Shown: piece after piece, positions 1 through 9,700 of the stretch
Numbering within the stretch: the stretch's first letter is position 1
Layout of the letters: each line of letters begins with the position of its first letter
Origin: an uncultured virus (IMG/VR IMGVR_UViG_3300037847_003885)
Taxonomy: Duplodnaviria; Heunggongvirae; Uroviricota; Caudoviricetes
IMG/VR virus record: IMGVR_UViG_3300037847_003885
Coordinates: 56,465-76,464 of that record
DNA length: 20,000 bases
Strand: one strand, 5' to 3'
Notes under the pieces: generated by a model
The model's database searches: none
The model's input: only the letters and a program-made list of their open reading frames with translations
What the model was told of the DNA's origin: nothing
Made by a program: the position numbers and the translations under genes

Positions 1-1544
1 TGATATAACTGAACCTTACTTGCTACATCTATATTCTGTGTTCCTTCCGGTATAAGCACAGAACGGTCATCAGCCATAAGTAACTCAATTGCTACCATCT
101 TGGTACATGCATCCTCTATCGCTTTTTCTAAATATCGTTCACCGTAAATGTATGCAACTTTTATCGCATTCCATTCAAAGAAGGGATAAGAATTGTTAAA
201 GTAAATTATACCCATTTCCGAGTCGAACCACCAATCTCGAAGTCTTGCTTGGTCACCACTACTACTACCACCCTGTAAATCTATTTTAAAAATATGTTGA
301 GTTAAAAGACCACTAGTAGGCGGAGTGCCGCCCGGTGTAACTGTAGTACAACCGGTAAAAGATGTTGCTGTTTTACTTGTGTAACGGATAATAAATCCAC
401 CATATTCAACAACTCCTGCTTCGGCAAAACCGGCGGTACTATCCACATCAATAACACCGTTGTTACCCCCAAAAGAGCCACTCCTTCCGCTAACATTTGC
501 AGTAAGTCTTTCGGTTTGTTTAATTTCTATTTCGCTTGAATCAGTAACAATAGTACAAGTTTCTCCGGCTTTAGTTGGCCTCATACTTGTAATTTTTACT
601 GTGCCTGTTCCATAATCAGCATTAGCACTTGCTAAAAACTCATTACTAACTTGAGTAGTATCGCTTATACTTGTAGCACCCGGTAAAACATAAGATGGTG
701 CAAGAGTAATACCTTGTTTACCTGTTCTTGCATCTTTATTAATTAAATTAGCAAGACTTTGAGCAGATGTAATTTTATCAAATCCTACATCCCAAGTGCT
801 TACAGTTTCAGTTAATATCGCTTGTAGTTTTCCACTTGTACCATTACCCGGAGATACTACTATATTTTTATTGTGTAATGCTCTTACATTTTCCGGTAAA
901 TGTATCCTTGCTTCTGCCCCACCAATCTCACGATAATCGTCACCCTGCCATAATTCAAGGCGTAATATTTGTTGCACATTACGGAAGAGTAAAGGTGCAG
1001 TTCCTACATAGTCTGTATAATATCTTCTACGATATGGTTTGTAAGTATCAAAATTAATATATTCTGCTACTACAAGATATGGTCGCCAAGCATTGTGGGT
1101 TATATTGTCTATTTTATCTTGCATCTTTAGAATTACTCTATCTACCTTGTCTTTAGTTAGTCCTCTATTTCTACCATTAGTAAATGATGCTTGATTTTGT
1201 ACATACGCATTATCAGCAAGTTGATAATCAGCATGAGTAAAAGCACCGGTAAATGCAAGTTTTACACCACTAGCCGAAGATGAAATAGCAGTAATTGTTT
1301 TTTCTACACCTAAAGGGTCAGCATCCGAATAAATAAGTATAGTATCTCCTACACTAAATCCATCATTTCTATAATCCCCACCGGTAATAAATACACCATC
1401 GGACACACTATCGGCACTTACAAGCACCGCTTCACTTGGTCCAATATCAAGTAGGTCTGCTACTTTTTGAGCCGTAGTATACACCGTTGCAGTAGGGTCA
1501 AGAGGTCGTGTTTCTACCTCGCCCGGTGAAAATACTTTTGGCAT
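1..1544 (-). CDS. Putative head-tail adaptor/connector protein with inserted beta-rich domains (partial, >514 aa, runs off the left edge; not in ORF track)
   Basis: Hand translation from ATG at 1544 (GAGGGGGG upstream) is open to the edge: MPKVFSPGEVETRPLDPTATVYTTAQKVADLL...KMQDKIDNITHNAWR...IKVAYIYGERYLEKAIEDACTKMVAIELL...KVQLY. The N-terminal 'YTT..KV..LL', the 'ID..T...W' segment and the C-terminal 'V.Y.YG....AIEDAC..MVA' resemble HK97 gp6/SPP1 gp15-type adaptors. It lies downstream of the MCP. Confidence 0.7.
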   Translation of the reverse strand, partial: MPKVFSPGEVETRPLDPTATVYTTAQKVADLLDIGPSEAVLVSADSVSDGVFITGGDYRNDGFSVGDTILIYSDADPLGVEKTITAISSSASGVKLAFTGAFTHADYQLADNAYVQNQASFTNGRNRGLTKDKVDRVILKMQDKIDNITHNAWRPYLVVAEYINFDTYKPYRRRYYTDYVGTAPLLFRNVQQILRLELWQGDDYREIGGAEARIHLPENVRALHNKNIVVSPGNGTSGKLQAILTETVSTWDVGFDKITSAQSLANLINKDARTGKQGITLAPSYVLPGATSISDTTQVSNEFLASANADYGTGTVKITSMRPTKAGETCTIVTDSSEIEIKQTERLTANVSGRSGSFGGNNGVIDVDSTAGFAEAGVVEYGGFIIRYTSKTATSFTGCTTVTPGGTPPTSGLLTQHIFKIDLQGGSSSGDQARLRDWWFDSEMGIIYFNNSYPFFEWNAIKVAYIYGERYLEKAIEDACTKMVAIELLMADDRSVLIPEGTQNIDVASKVQLY

Positions 1545-1558
1545 ACATTAGACCCCCC

Positions 1559-2122
1559 TCACTGATTTTTCAATACACTCCAAGCATCACGCATAATTAC
1601 ATTACGAGAAGTCATAATACGACGCAGATGTTCAGCCTCTTTGTCGGGGTTGAACTTTTTTTCATCATCATCTTCTTTTGGTGGAGTATTGAATGAACTA
1701 CCGTGATTTGCTACAACACCGGGCATAAACTTTTCTGCTAATTCAAAAGATTCATCTTCTGTCATATTTTCTTTAAAATCGGGGTCATCCATAGGTTCTT
1801 TACCTGCAAATTGACTATCAATAGCGGCTTGCTCACCTGCTACATCGGGCATGGAAAGTGATTCACCAAGAGTTTGCCCCTCAAAAGGTACTCTTTCGCC
1901 CATGAACTTGATATTATGTGCTTCGGGATTCGCTACTATGTCACGCATGAGTTTGTCACGAGCAGAAGTGAATTGGTCGCCACTTGCATCTCCACCTGCG
2001 CCTCTAAGCGCATCTGCGGCCATACGATTAGCAAACTGCTGTAGACGAACTTCTTGTCCATCCGGTGTAAGCACTTTTTGTCTATGTGGTTTCATTGGCA
2101 TTTTAATTAAAATTTTACTCAT
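1559..2122 (-). CDS. Hypothetical acidic protein (~187 aa), possible internal head protein
   Basis: ORF track 1559..2146. The ATG at 2122 (MSKILIKMPMKP), just after the upstream stop, is preferred. Ends with DAWSVLKNQ. Confidence 0.7.
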   Translation of the reverse strand: MSKILIKMPMKPHRQKVLTPDGQEVRLQQFANRMAADALRGAGGDASGDQFTSARDKLMRDIVANPEAHNIKFMGERVPFEGQTLGESLSMPDVAGEQAAIDSQFAGKEPMDDPDFKENMTEDESFELAEKFMPGVVANHGSSFNTPPKEDDDEKKFNPDKEAEHLRRIMTSRNVIMRDAWSVLKNQ

Positions 2123-2126
2123 AATA

Positions 2127-2420
2127 TCATATCCTGTTTTCTTCATCTCTATGTCCTAGATTATATTCCATTGGTTTGTCACATGTGGCACATGTTGCTC
2201 TCCACATAAAATGTAGAAAGCCACAGTGTGTACATCTTGTTCCCGAACCAATGTTAAGTATATCACCTATATTTTTATTGCGATTTCGTTGTTGAGATGT
2301 AACACCCTTTAGTGGATGTTCATTATCTGCTACAACGGCTGAATGTGTATCTAACTTGACACCTTGCTTACTCGCTCTCACTAAGTCGCTAAGGTCTAAT
2401 TTCTGTAAATCAAACCCCAT
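2127..2420 (-). CDS. Small zinc-ribbon protein (97 aa)
   Basis: CTHC-x10-CATC motif; GAGGTGG SD precedes the ATG. Confidence 0.75.
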   Translation of the reverse strand: MGFDLQKLDLSDLVRASKQGVKLDTHSAVVADNEHPLKGVTSQQRNRNKNIGDILNIGSGTRCTHCGFLHFMWRATCATCDKPMEYNLGHRDEENRI

Positions 2421-2429
2421 TTAACCACC

Positions 2430-2603
2430 TCAAGATGTGGTCACGAATATGTAGATGTTACCAAGTATTACATGCGGGTCTGCTGACACAGGAGTATTAG
2501 TACTAAAAGCCGTTACAATTGCAGTTTGTATAGCGGTTCTCTTAGTAGAGTCGTTAAAGTCTGCCTGTGCGTAAGGACCGAGTATTGTGCATGTTTTAGC
2601 CAA
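2430..2603 (-). CDS. Small hypothetical protein (57 aa, TTG start; not in ORF track)
   Basis: AAGGTGA SD, then TTG. MAKTCTILGPYAQADFNDSTKRTAIQTAIVTAFSTNTPVSADPHVILGNIYIFVTTS*. Fills the gap, and its TGA overlaps the SD of the next gene. Confidence 0.7.
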   Translation of the reverse strand: MAKTCTILGPYAQADFNDSTKRTAIQTAIVTAFSTNTPVSADPHVILGNIYIFVTTS

Positions 2604-2627
2604 TTAAATCACCTTCTGCTAGGTGAA

Positions 2628-3167
2628 TCAAGCCCTGCTACCAAGAATCCAAAATCTGCCTTTATAATTTGCTTCATCCGAAGTTGCACCTGCATTACCA
2701 TGAGTAAATTGCACTCTTTTAGCAACAGTATCAATACCTACATGGAAATCTCCGTTTTCAAGAGTTACTGAACCTTGGTGTGGGCCGAATTTTGCTAATT
2801 TATCACTATCAAGTACGGCTTGTGTCAAACCCGGTGACTCTAGCAAAATGGTAGTAGCATTGGCTACTCTTGAGATTGTAGCCAACCTTTTCCCTGTAGC
2901 AAGGTCATAAATGTCCTCTCCTTTATTAAAATATAACCGAGCATCTACAGTATCAACGGTAATATTATTAGTTCCTGCGGCATAACCTCCACCGTTGTTT
3001 ATTCTCACACCTGTATTGAATATAGTATCTTCCAAGTGACCGCTTGCGGCGAAAACTGTTCCTAGTAGTCCGTCATAAGGCACACTACCTCCTTCATTAT
3101 CAAATGTTCCTGTTATCATGAGCATATCGCCCATTACATGCGTTCTTGTATCAATTGTTACTGTCAT
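2628..3167 (-). CDS. Putative virion structural protein (beta-rich, 179 aa)
   Basis: Gly/Thr/Asp-rich with an 'INNGGGYAAGTNNITVD' segment. Start overlaps the upstream stop (TAATG). Located in the post-MCP cluster. Confidence 0.65.
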   Translation of the reverse strand: MTVTIDTRTHVMGDMLMITGTFDNEGGSVPYDGLLGTVFAASGHLEDTIFNTGVRINNGGGYAAGTNNITVDTVDARLYFNKGEDIYDLATGKRLATISRVANATTILLESPGLTQAVLDSDKLAKFGPHQGSVTLENGDFHVGIDTVAKRVQFTHGNAGATSDEANYKGRFWILGSRA

Positions 3168-3544
3168 TATTGTTCACTTCCTGTTATTTCCGTATTTTCT
3201 TCTTCACTTAAAACTTCCTCAATTACAGGTGGATTCAAGTGAGATTCTACTAATTCTAAAGCGGCGGTTTTAGTTAAGTAACCTGCGCCTGTTTTGACTC
3301 CATTATCTTTAAGCCATTTTAGAATATCTTTTCTAGCCCATGCTACATCCGGTATACCGTCATCTTTCAAATCAACAGTTTCTCCTTCATCGCCTTCGAT
3401 GAGGAAGTTTTTACTATCCAAAGAATGTCTATGAGTGTTAAGCCACTCTTGAGATACTTCTACTGCTTTACCTCTAACCCAAACATCTTTAGTGTCTGTT
3501 CTACGGGATTCGTAATAAATCCCTTTATAGGTTACTGTAGGCAC
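3167..3544 (-). CDS. Hypothetical protein with C-terminal HeH/SAP-like helix-loop-helix (125 aa)
   Basis: GAGGTGG SD with GTG start. 'WARKDILKWLKDNGVKTGAGYLTKTAALELV' fits the HeH/SAP/LEM-like pattern often encoded after phage MCP genes. Confidence 0.65.
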   Translation of the reverse strand: MPTVTYKGIYYESRRTDTKDVWVRGKAVEVSQEWLNTHRHSLDSKNFLIEGDEGETVDLKDDGIPDVAWARKDILKWLKDNGVKTGAGYLTKTAALELVESHLNPPVIEEVLSEEENTEITGSEQ

Positions 3545-3554
3545 TTAGCCCACC

Positions 3555-4019
3555 TCAATTAAGCATTAGAAGTGTGACTGTACCTGCACCTGCACCTTCT
3601 GCGTGAAGTTCAACACCGCTTAATGCACCACCTGTAAATGTAGGCGGTGAAGCATCGTCACCTATTTCAGTTGTTCTAACTGAAAGAGTTTTATCTGCAA
3701 CTTCAAGAGTAGTACCAACTACACCAATAATCTTAGAGCAACCTGCGGTAAACACAAATACTTCTGCATCAGCAGTAGCAAGGGTAAAAGATATTGTCAC
3801 CATTCTTAAACTTCCAACTGCGTTTCCATCAGTATTAGCGGCATTAAAACCTGCTAATGTACCCGGATAAGAGCCACCTGCATTTCCATCTAACCAACCT
3901 GTTTCTTCTACAGGTGTTCCTGTTCTCATGTCAAGGTCTAATAGTATCTCCATCGCTGAAAATTCGCTATCTTCATAACTAATTGTTAATCCATTTTCTG
4001 TTTCTGTTTGCTTAGCCAT
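3555..4019 (-). CDS. Putative capsid decoration/minor structural protein (154 aa)
   Basis: Directly after the MCP; AAGGAGATGA SD similar to that of the MCP; acidic, Gly/Ala/Thr-rich, beta-strand pattern. Function inferred from position. Confidence 0.6.
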   Translation of the reverse strand: MAKQTETENGLTISYEDSEFSAMEILLDLDMRTGTPVEETGWLDGNAGGSYPGTLAGFNAANTDGNAVGSLRMVTISFTLATADAEVFVFTAGCSKIIGVVGTTLEVADKTLSVRTTEIGDDASPPTFTGGALSGVELHAEGAGAGTVTLLMLN

Positions 4020-4057
4020 ATTTAATCATCTCCTTAATATTTTTTTCTCCATTAACC

Positions 4058-5227
4058 TCACTGTAGGTCACGAATTGAACCATGTCCTCCAAAGAAAGTT
4101 GTCCAAATTTCTCCCATTGAACGGTACATACCCTCTTGTCCTAGACGGTTAATAGCGAATGGGTCACCGGTTTCGATACCGGATTCAAAGTATTGAGTTG
4201 GTATAGCAGTTGAGAAGTATGTGTAATCAGTATCTAAGAAATACATACGGGAAATACCGTCTTTTACTACATCTTTAGATGGAATGATTGGTACACCGTT
4301 GTAGGTTGCTACGATGAAACCGGCTTCAATACCCGGTACACCCTTAACACCGTTGTAGGTTGGTGTAACTCTCTTCTCTTCCATGAACCTTTGTTGGCTT
4401 TGTAGTAGTTGTTGAAGTCTCATTAGAGTATCATATCCTGTTAGGATAACCTTTGGATTACCACCACGAACCCAAATCTGTTGGAATAGTGTGTCTAAAT
4501 GGTCTAGTGAAAGAGTCCTTCTGTTAGCCGCATCTTGGTCGCTACCACAGTTTACTTCTGCATTTGACCATGAGTTTGCACTTCGGTCAATACTGTAGAT
4601 GTCAAGGTCACCTGCGCCACAGTGGTCTGCCGCCGCCGCACCTGTTTCCAAAGAGGTTAGTCCACCGGTTGCACCACCGTCATTTCCGGTGATTCTGTCT
4701 AGTGATTCAAAGTCGTTACCTGCTACTGTGTCACAGTCTTGTGTAAGCATCTTGTTGATGTGTTCTGCGTGGTGCTTACCCATTTCTTCCTTTAGTACTG
4801 AACGAATGTCACCTAGACCGTCATCTTTGTCAGCCAAGAACATAGCGGTTTCACTCATGTCAAATGTGTGAACAACTGTCTTTGGTTTTGCGGCTATGTG
4901 TTGGAACTGTGGTTTAGTTGTGTCCGGTAGAGTAGCGTTTTCTGCTACACCGCCACCCTTAGCAAAGGATGGTCTGTCAGTAATAACTCTCCAACCACTT
5001 CTTTCCCATGGTCTCTTAGGTAGAATTGAGAATGCGTTAAACTCTTGGTTCAACTGTGACCAAACTTTTCTACCGTAGATTGCTTGGTATGTTCCTGCTG
5101 TAGTACTTAGCATTGGTGCGTCAGCCTTCAACAATTCACTACCGGAGTAGGAATAGCCCATAGCGTTACCTGCGCCGTAAAAATATCTTTCCATATCTGT
5201 TATGTTTCTTATGTAATCTCTTGCCAT
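4058..5227 (-). CDS. Major capsid protein (HK97 fold, ~389 aa)
   Basis: Follows the protease gene. GGAGATGA SD favours the ATG at 5227 (MARDYIRN). HK97-type patterns: 'GGVAENATLP', 'EEMGKHHAEHINKMLT', 'FESLDRI', 'TYNGVPIIPS', 'MYFLDTDY'. Confidence 0.9.
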   Translation of the reverse strand: MARDYIRNITDMERYFYGAGNAMGYSYSGSELLKADAPMLSTTAGTYQAIYGRKVWSQLNQEFNAFSILPKRPWERSGWRVITDRPSFAKGGGVAENATLPDTTKPQFQHIAAKPKTVVHTFDMSETAMFLADKDDGLGDIRSVLKEEMGKHHAEHINKMLTQDCDTVAGNDFESLDRITGNDGGATGGLTSLETGAAAADHCGAGDLDIYSIDRSANSWSNAEVNCGSDQDAANRRTLSLDHLDTLFQQIWVRGGNPKVILTGYDTLMRLQQLLQSQQRFMEEKRVTPTYNGVKGVPGIEAGFIVATYNGVPIIPSKDVVKDGISRMYFLDTDYTYFSTAIPTQYFESGIETGDPFAINRLGQEGMYRSMGEIWTTFFGGHGSIRDLQ

Positions 5228-5260
5228 ATTTTTCATCTCCTAATTTTTAATTTATTATCC

Positions 5261-6676
5261 TCAAGCACCCCTGTAGACACTATTTGCTAGTGTGTGTACC
5301 TCATCCCAAGACATGTTACTTAGGTCTTGAGTAGATGGGATTGTAACATTTGTTGATAGGTCAGCCTTTGCAATTGTTGTTCCTTCTGTAGTTAGGTTGT
5401 CAATTCTTTCGGAAAGGTTTGAAATTGCTTTCATGACTTCACTAATTGGTTCACGAGCATCAAATTGAGCCTTTTCTGCTTCGGACTTAGCAATTTCTTG
5501 CTCTTTAGCAAATCTTGAAGCAAAGTGTCCTTCTAGGTCACCACGGAATTGTTGTTCCATAGCCGCCGCTTTGTAGACTTCATAAGCCGCCTCAATATCG
5601 GATGCTGAAACACTCGATGGGTGAATGTAGGATTTTGAAAGGTCAGCCGCACCCATAGCCCCTGCCGGTTGCTTTCCACCGCTTTGACTTACTGCATTGA
5701 TAGCACCGGTTGATGGACTACCTGCGGTTTGTCCTCGGCCTCTAACTTGTCCGGCGAAGTAATCTGCACCGTCTACTGTATCCGGGTTGTCGAATCCACC
5801 AAGTTGTGCTTTCTCAAGAGCATCAAAGTGCGCTCTTGCTGAATGAGTATCTACACCTGCGGATTTTAGAGTATCTTCCATCCAATTTAGGTACTCGGCA
5901 CTAATGACATCACTGTATTCATCACCTTTCATGTAATTCATTTTGTCATCATCTTTCTTTTCTTTCTTTTCATCTTTCTTTTCATCTTCGGCCTTCATCT
6001 TATCATCCTTCTTTTCTTCTTTCTTGTCGTCGGAATCATCTTTCTTACCCTTGATATGCTCTCGGAGTTGAGGTGGAATTTCACCTTTCTCCATAGCGTC
6101 AAGTCTTGCTTCTAGCCTGTTCATTACTGCGTTTAGGTCACTGTCTATATCTGTCATATTATTCACATCTTCCTTTAAAATTCTAAATTGTGCTTCCGGG
6201 TTAATCCCTTTTTCACAAATTGTAATTTCATGGAGTTCCATTTTACTTATCTCTTGGTATTCTCCGTGTTCACCATCAGCCTTTCTAACACGCTTGAAAG
6301 CCTGTCCACCAATGGAGAATCCTTGCAAATTACCTTTGCGTATTTCTGCGGCTACTTCACGAGCCTTTTCTATATCGTTTCGTAGTTTACAAACTACAAA
6401 CATTCCTGTGTCGTCTACTTCGGACTTCCACATTCTTCCGTTGGAGTCTACATAGTTATCTATAACTTCTCCAACTTGTATATTAGAGTGAGCCAACTGT
6501 ACATTTCTGTATCTGTCACTCTTCATAAAACCGTCAAATGCATCTTTTAATGCACCACGAGTAATCAAATCTCCTTGCTTATCAACAAGTTCTACAGATG
6601 CATAACCGGCTACAACTAAATCACTACCACTCTTTAGGACTTTCAATCCCGCAGATGGTCGCTGTATAGTTAGCAT
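5261..6676 (-). CDS. Prohead maturation protease (HK97-type) fused to a C-terminal scaffold-like region (~471 aa)
   Basis: N-terminal 'VAGYASVELVDKQGDLI', 'QLAHS' (His), 'GFSIGG' (Ser), 'LHEITICEKGINPEA'. The C-terminal ~300 aa are coiled-coil-like and K/D/E low complexity. The ATG at 6676 is preferred over the TTG at 6688. Confidence 0.9.
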   Translation of the reverse strand: MLTIQRPSAGLKVLKSGSDLVVAGYASVELVDKQGDLITRGALKDAFDGFMKSDRYRNVQLAHSNIQVGEVIDNYVDSNGRMWKSEVDDTGMFVVCKLRNDIEKAREVAAEIRKGNLQGFSIGGQAFKRVRKADGEHGEYQEISKMELHEITICEKGINPEAQFRILKEDVNNMTDIDSDLNAVMNRLEARLDAMEKGEIPPQLREHIKGKKDDSDDKKEEKKDDKMKAEDEKKDEKKEKKDDDKMNYMKGDEYSDVISAEYLNWMEDTLKSAGVDTHSARAHFDALEKAQLGGFDNPDTVDGADYFAGQVRGRGQTAGSPSTGAINAVSQSGGKQPAGAMGAADLSKSYIHPSSVSASDIEAAYEVYKAAAMEQQFRGDLEGHFASRFAKEQEIAKSEAEKAQFDAREPISEVMKAISNLSERIDNLTTEGTTIAKADLSTNVTIPSTQDLSNMSWDEVHTLANSVYRGA

Positions 6677-6700
6677 CAATTCACACAACTTACTGTCATC

Positions 6701-6710
6701 CTATTTATAT
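6701..6710 (-). promoter_or_regulatory. Putative archaeal TATA box for the protease-MCP transcript
   Basis: TATAAATA at 6709..6702 on the minus strand, centred ~29 nt upstream of ATG 6676, in one of the few intergenic gaps. No canonical SD. Confidence 0.6.
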
Positions 6711-6730
6711 TGAACTGATACTTTATGTCT

Positions 6731-6738
6731 AAAAGAAA
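6731..6738 (-). terminator. Possible archaeal oligo-T terminator
   Basis: TTTCTTTT immediately after the TGA of the giant gene and just before the next TATA box. Confidence 0.35.
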
Positions 6739-9700
6739 TCAGTCTATTTTGTTAAAATCGGACAACTGCGAAGTATTATCGTTTACTTCTATATGTTTTA
6801 TTGGTTTTTTCTCTTTTTTGTTTTTCTTAGGCTCAATTTCTTTTTCATCACTTCGCTTTCTACCATCATAATCCGGCATAGTTTCTTCATTAGCCAAACG
6901 AGTTGGACCACTTGGGGATTCTATTGGTGTAGCCATATCTATACCCAAACCTTTCGGCCCTGTCCATGTAGTGCGCTCTTTGTGTAATTTATCTAAAGCA
7001 CGAGTAATTATCTCTAAGGCTTTCTTAGTAGTTGGTTTTAGTAACCGGTTATCATCATCTGCATCTAATATACCTGCTGATTGTTTATCTTGCCGTTTAC
7101 GGCTTGGAGGTTTTTCATCTAGTACATCTCTTTTAACTAAATGACCATCAAACATAAGCGGTGCAACAGCACTCCAATATGGATACATACTTTCTGCTAA
7201 TGTAACAGGATAGTTTGATTTTACCATACCACTCAATGCTGTAGATGGATTTTCTAAATACCATAAGTTACCATAACTCACAACATCATATTCTACAGTA
7301 TCTACATCTTTTAATATAACTTTTAATTTATTATTATCATATTCTATATCATGCGGAACTAAAATAGGAGTTAAAGATTTAGTAAGTATATCTAAAGATT
7401 CGGCACTAGCCGCACCTTCACCATCACCCTTACCGGTTATTTGTTTCATTTGTACATTGAAAACATCTCTTCCACCACGAGTTTTCTTTGTAACTCCTGT
7501 AATAGATACTCTAACCACATCTCCTACTTTGTATGAATCCGTTTGATTATGTATAGTGCCTATATCCATATACTCTTGACCATTTACTTCTACTGCTCTA
7601 TTGCCTAATTTTGACCCATCTAATATTGGCCCTGCACCTAATCTATATGTATGTGAATTTTTACCTTTTACATCTAATACTATGAAATTATAATCTTTAG
7701 TGTTTCTAAGTAGCATCCATTTAGGATGTCGCCTTTCTCCTTTCATGTATGTAGATTTACCATCTCTTAGTAAAAGCACCTCATGTTCTTTTTGCAGATT
7801 AGATACCGTTTCATCTAAACCTTCTTCATCTGTCATTTTAGTATCATGTGGACCGGGAATAATTATATTTTCATGACTGTCAAATTGACTTCTTAATAAT
7901 TTCATTCTTTCAAACATAGTCATATCGCTTACATTGTTAGCGTCATAATTTAGAATATCTATTATGTTTAATTCATCCTCACCCAAAATACCGTCTATAA
8001 CATAATCTCTTTTATTTAACTTTGAAAGATTTTCTTTGAATACTTTTTTCAATCCTACTTTTTTACCATCTTCATCGTATGTAGTAATAGTTTCATCTTC
8101 GTTTACAATAATTACTCTCTTACCATCATACCATTTACTAACTACCCACGAGCCACTAAACCCTCTTAGATGGTGTAAATCGCTTATTTCAAAAATACGA
8201 TGCATTGGTCTAATAGGAGGTGACCATTTTACATCATCGTTTTTCATTAGTAATATATCGGGATTAAGTAATGATGTGATATATGTAGAAACTTCACTCA
8301 TAGCAATAGTTGAAGGGTCATCCGATGGAGATAAGTATGTATCCATATTTACTCCTTGATGTGCTGAAAGGGTAGTTTGAGGTGGTGGTAAATTTGGTAG
8401 TACCTGTTGTACGGTTTCTTCTCCAAACAATGTGTTCAACGCTTCTTCACTTACTCTTGGATAAAAGCCCGGTTGAGTATATTCTCCAACTATTGGTTCA
8501 CCTTCTATGTTAGTTTCAATACCAAACGAAGGTTCTGCTACAAACCCTTCATGAATATCTCCTACACCGAATATATTGTAGATAGATGCATTAGTGGGGT
8601 TCACTCTACCTATCTTAGAATGAGTACCTAAACCGGCTCTAGCAACTGTTTCAGTTGTAGGTGCTTCAAATGCGCTTTCTAATATACCACCTCTTTCATC
8701 CATTAACTTTCTTTCATCTAACACAATTAAAGAGTCTAAATTATTTCTAGTAGTAGCGGTGACTTTCTTAACCCCTTTACCCATATCTTTTGCACCATGA
8801 GCATCAAAGTCTCTAGCGTGGAAAAATTCTAATCCGCTATTTTGCATTGATTGTCCAAAATGTTTTGTGTTAAGAATATGGTTTAATGATTGAGATAATC
8901 CATGTATAGGATTTGCTTTCCAATTTTCATTTTCTTTTCTTGCTCTCTTTTGTGCAATAGTTATTGCGTTATGAATATTTGAATTATGTAAATCGTGATG
9001 GAACTTATCGTTACTGTTTAAATCATCATATTCAGTACCCATAATATCATCATTAGGAGTATGTAAATGAGATATATCTGCATTTCCTATTTTTGATAAT
9101 GTACCACTTGTAAGCAGATTACCCACTGTTGAAACAAATAATGGTTGTTGTCTCAAAGAAGATTCATTAATAATATTAGCAACATGTTCTTTCATAGCGG
9201 GAGTTTTTTCTAAGTTTAACATATTAATTACTTCATCAACCGACATGTTACCATCTATTTCTGCACCATTTTCTAGTAAATGATTAGCAATAGCACCATG
9301 TTCATTAATTTCTTTTGGTTTTTGACTGACCACATTGTAATCTATTCCGTAAGTTACAGGAGATAAATCGTGATTGTCAGTTGCTAAAATGTGTCTTTGT
9401 GTGTCAGCCAATAATTTTTGTACATTATGTATAAACTGTACAGGGTTGTTAGGGTCAAAAGCATCGGGTTGTTGTTCAAGAACTAACGGCATTACGACAT
9501 TTTTAGCATAATCAACAACTGTATCATGATGAGACCGTAGCATATCTAAATACTGTTTAGCATTAATTTTCCAATGCGATGTCGGTTTATCTTTTTGTTT
9601 TGCAGATAATTGAACTTGATTTAATTGAGTCACAGCATCTTGTAAATCTTCTCTCAAACCCATTACTTGCTCTTGTGATAAATCGGGATTCATCATCATT

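Noticed and set aside
302..496. 64-aa minus-strand ORF
   Set aside because: Out of frame inside the long 1544..<1 gene.
4020..4060. Frameshift or readthrough fusing the MCP to the next gene via the A7 run
   Set aside because: The A run lies after the stop codon, and the downstream gene has its own strong SD.
4293..4362. 16-bp direct repeat acaccgttgtaggttg (4293 and 4347) in the MCP
   Set aside because: Explained by the repeated peptide TYNGV with preferred codons; no evidence of an att site.
5940..6050. K/D/E-rich quasi-repeats in the scaffold region
   Set aside because: Ordinary low-complexity scaffold linker with no regular DNA unit.
6702..6709. TATAAATA as a T4-type late promoter
   Set aside because: Spacing to the start and the surrounding archaeal signals fit a TBP-bound TATA box better; head genes are not T4-like.
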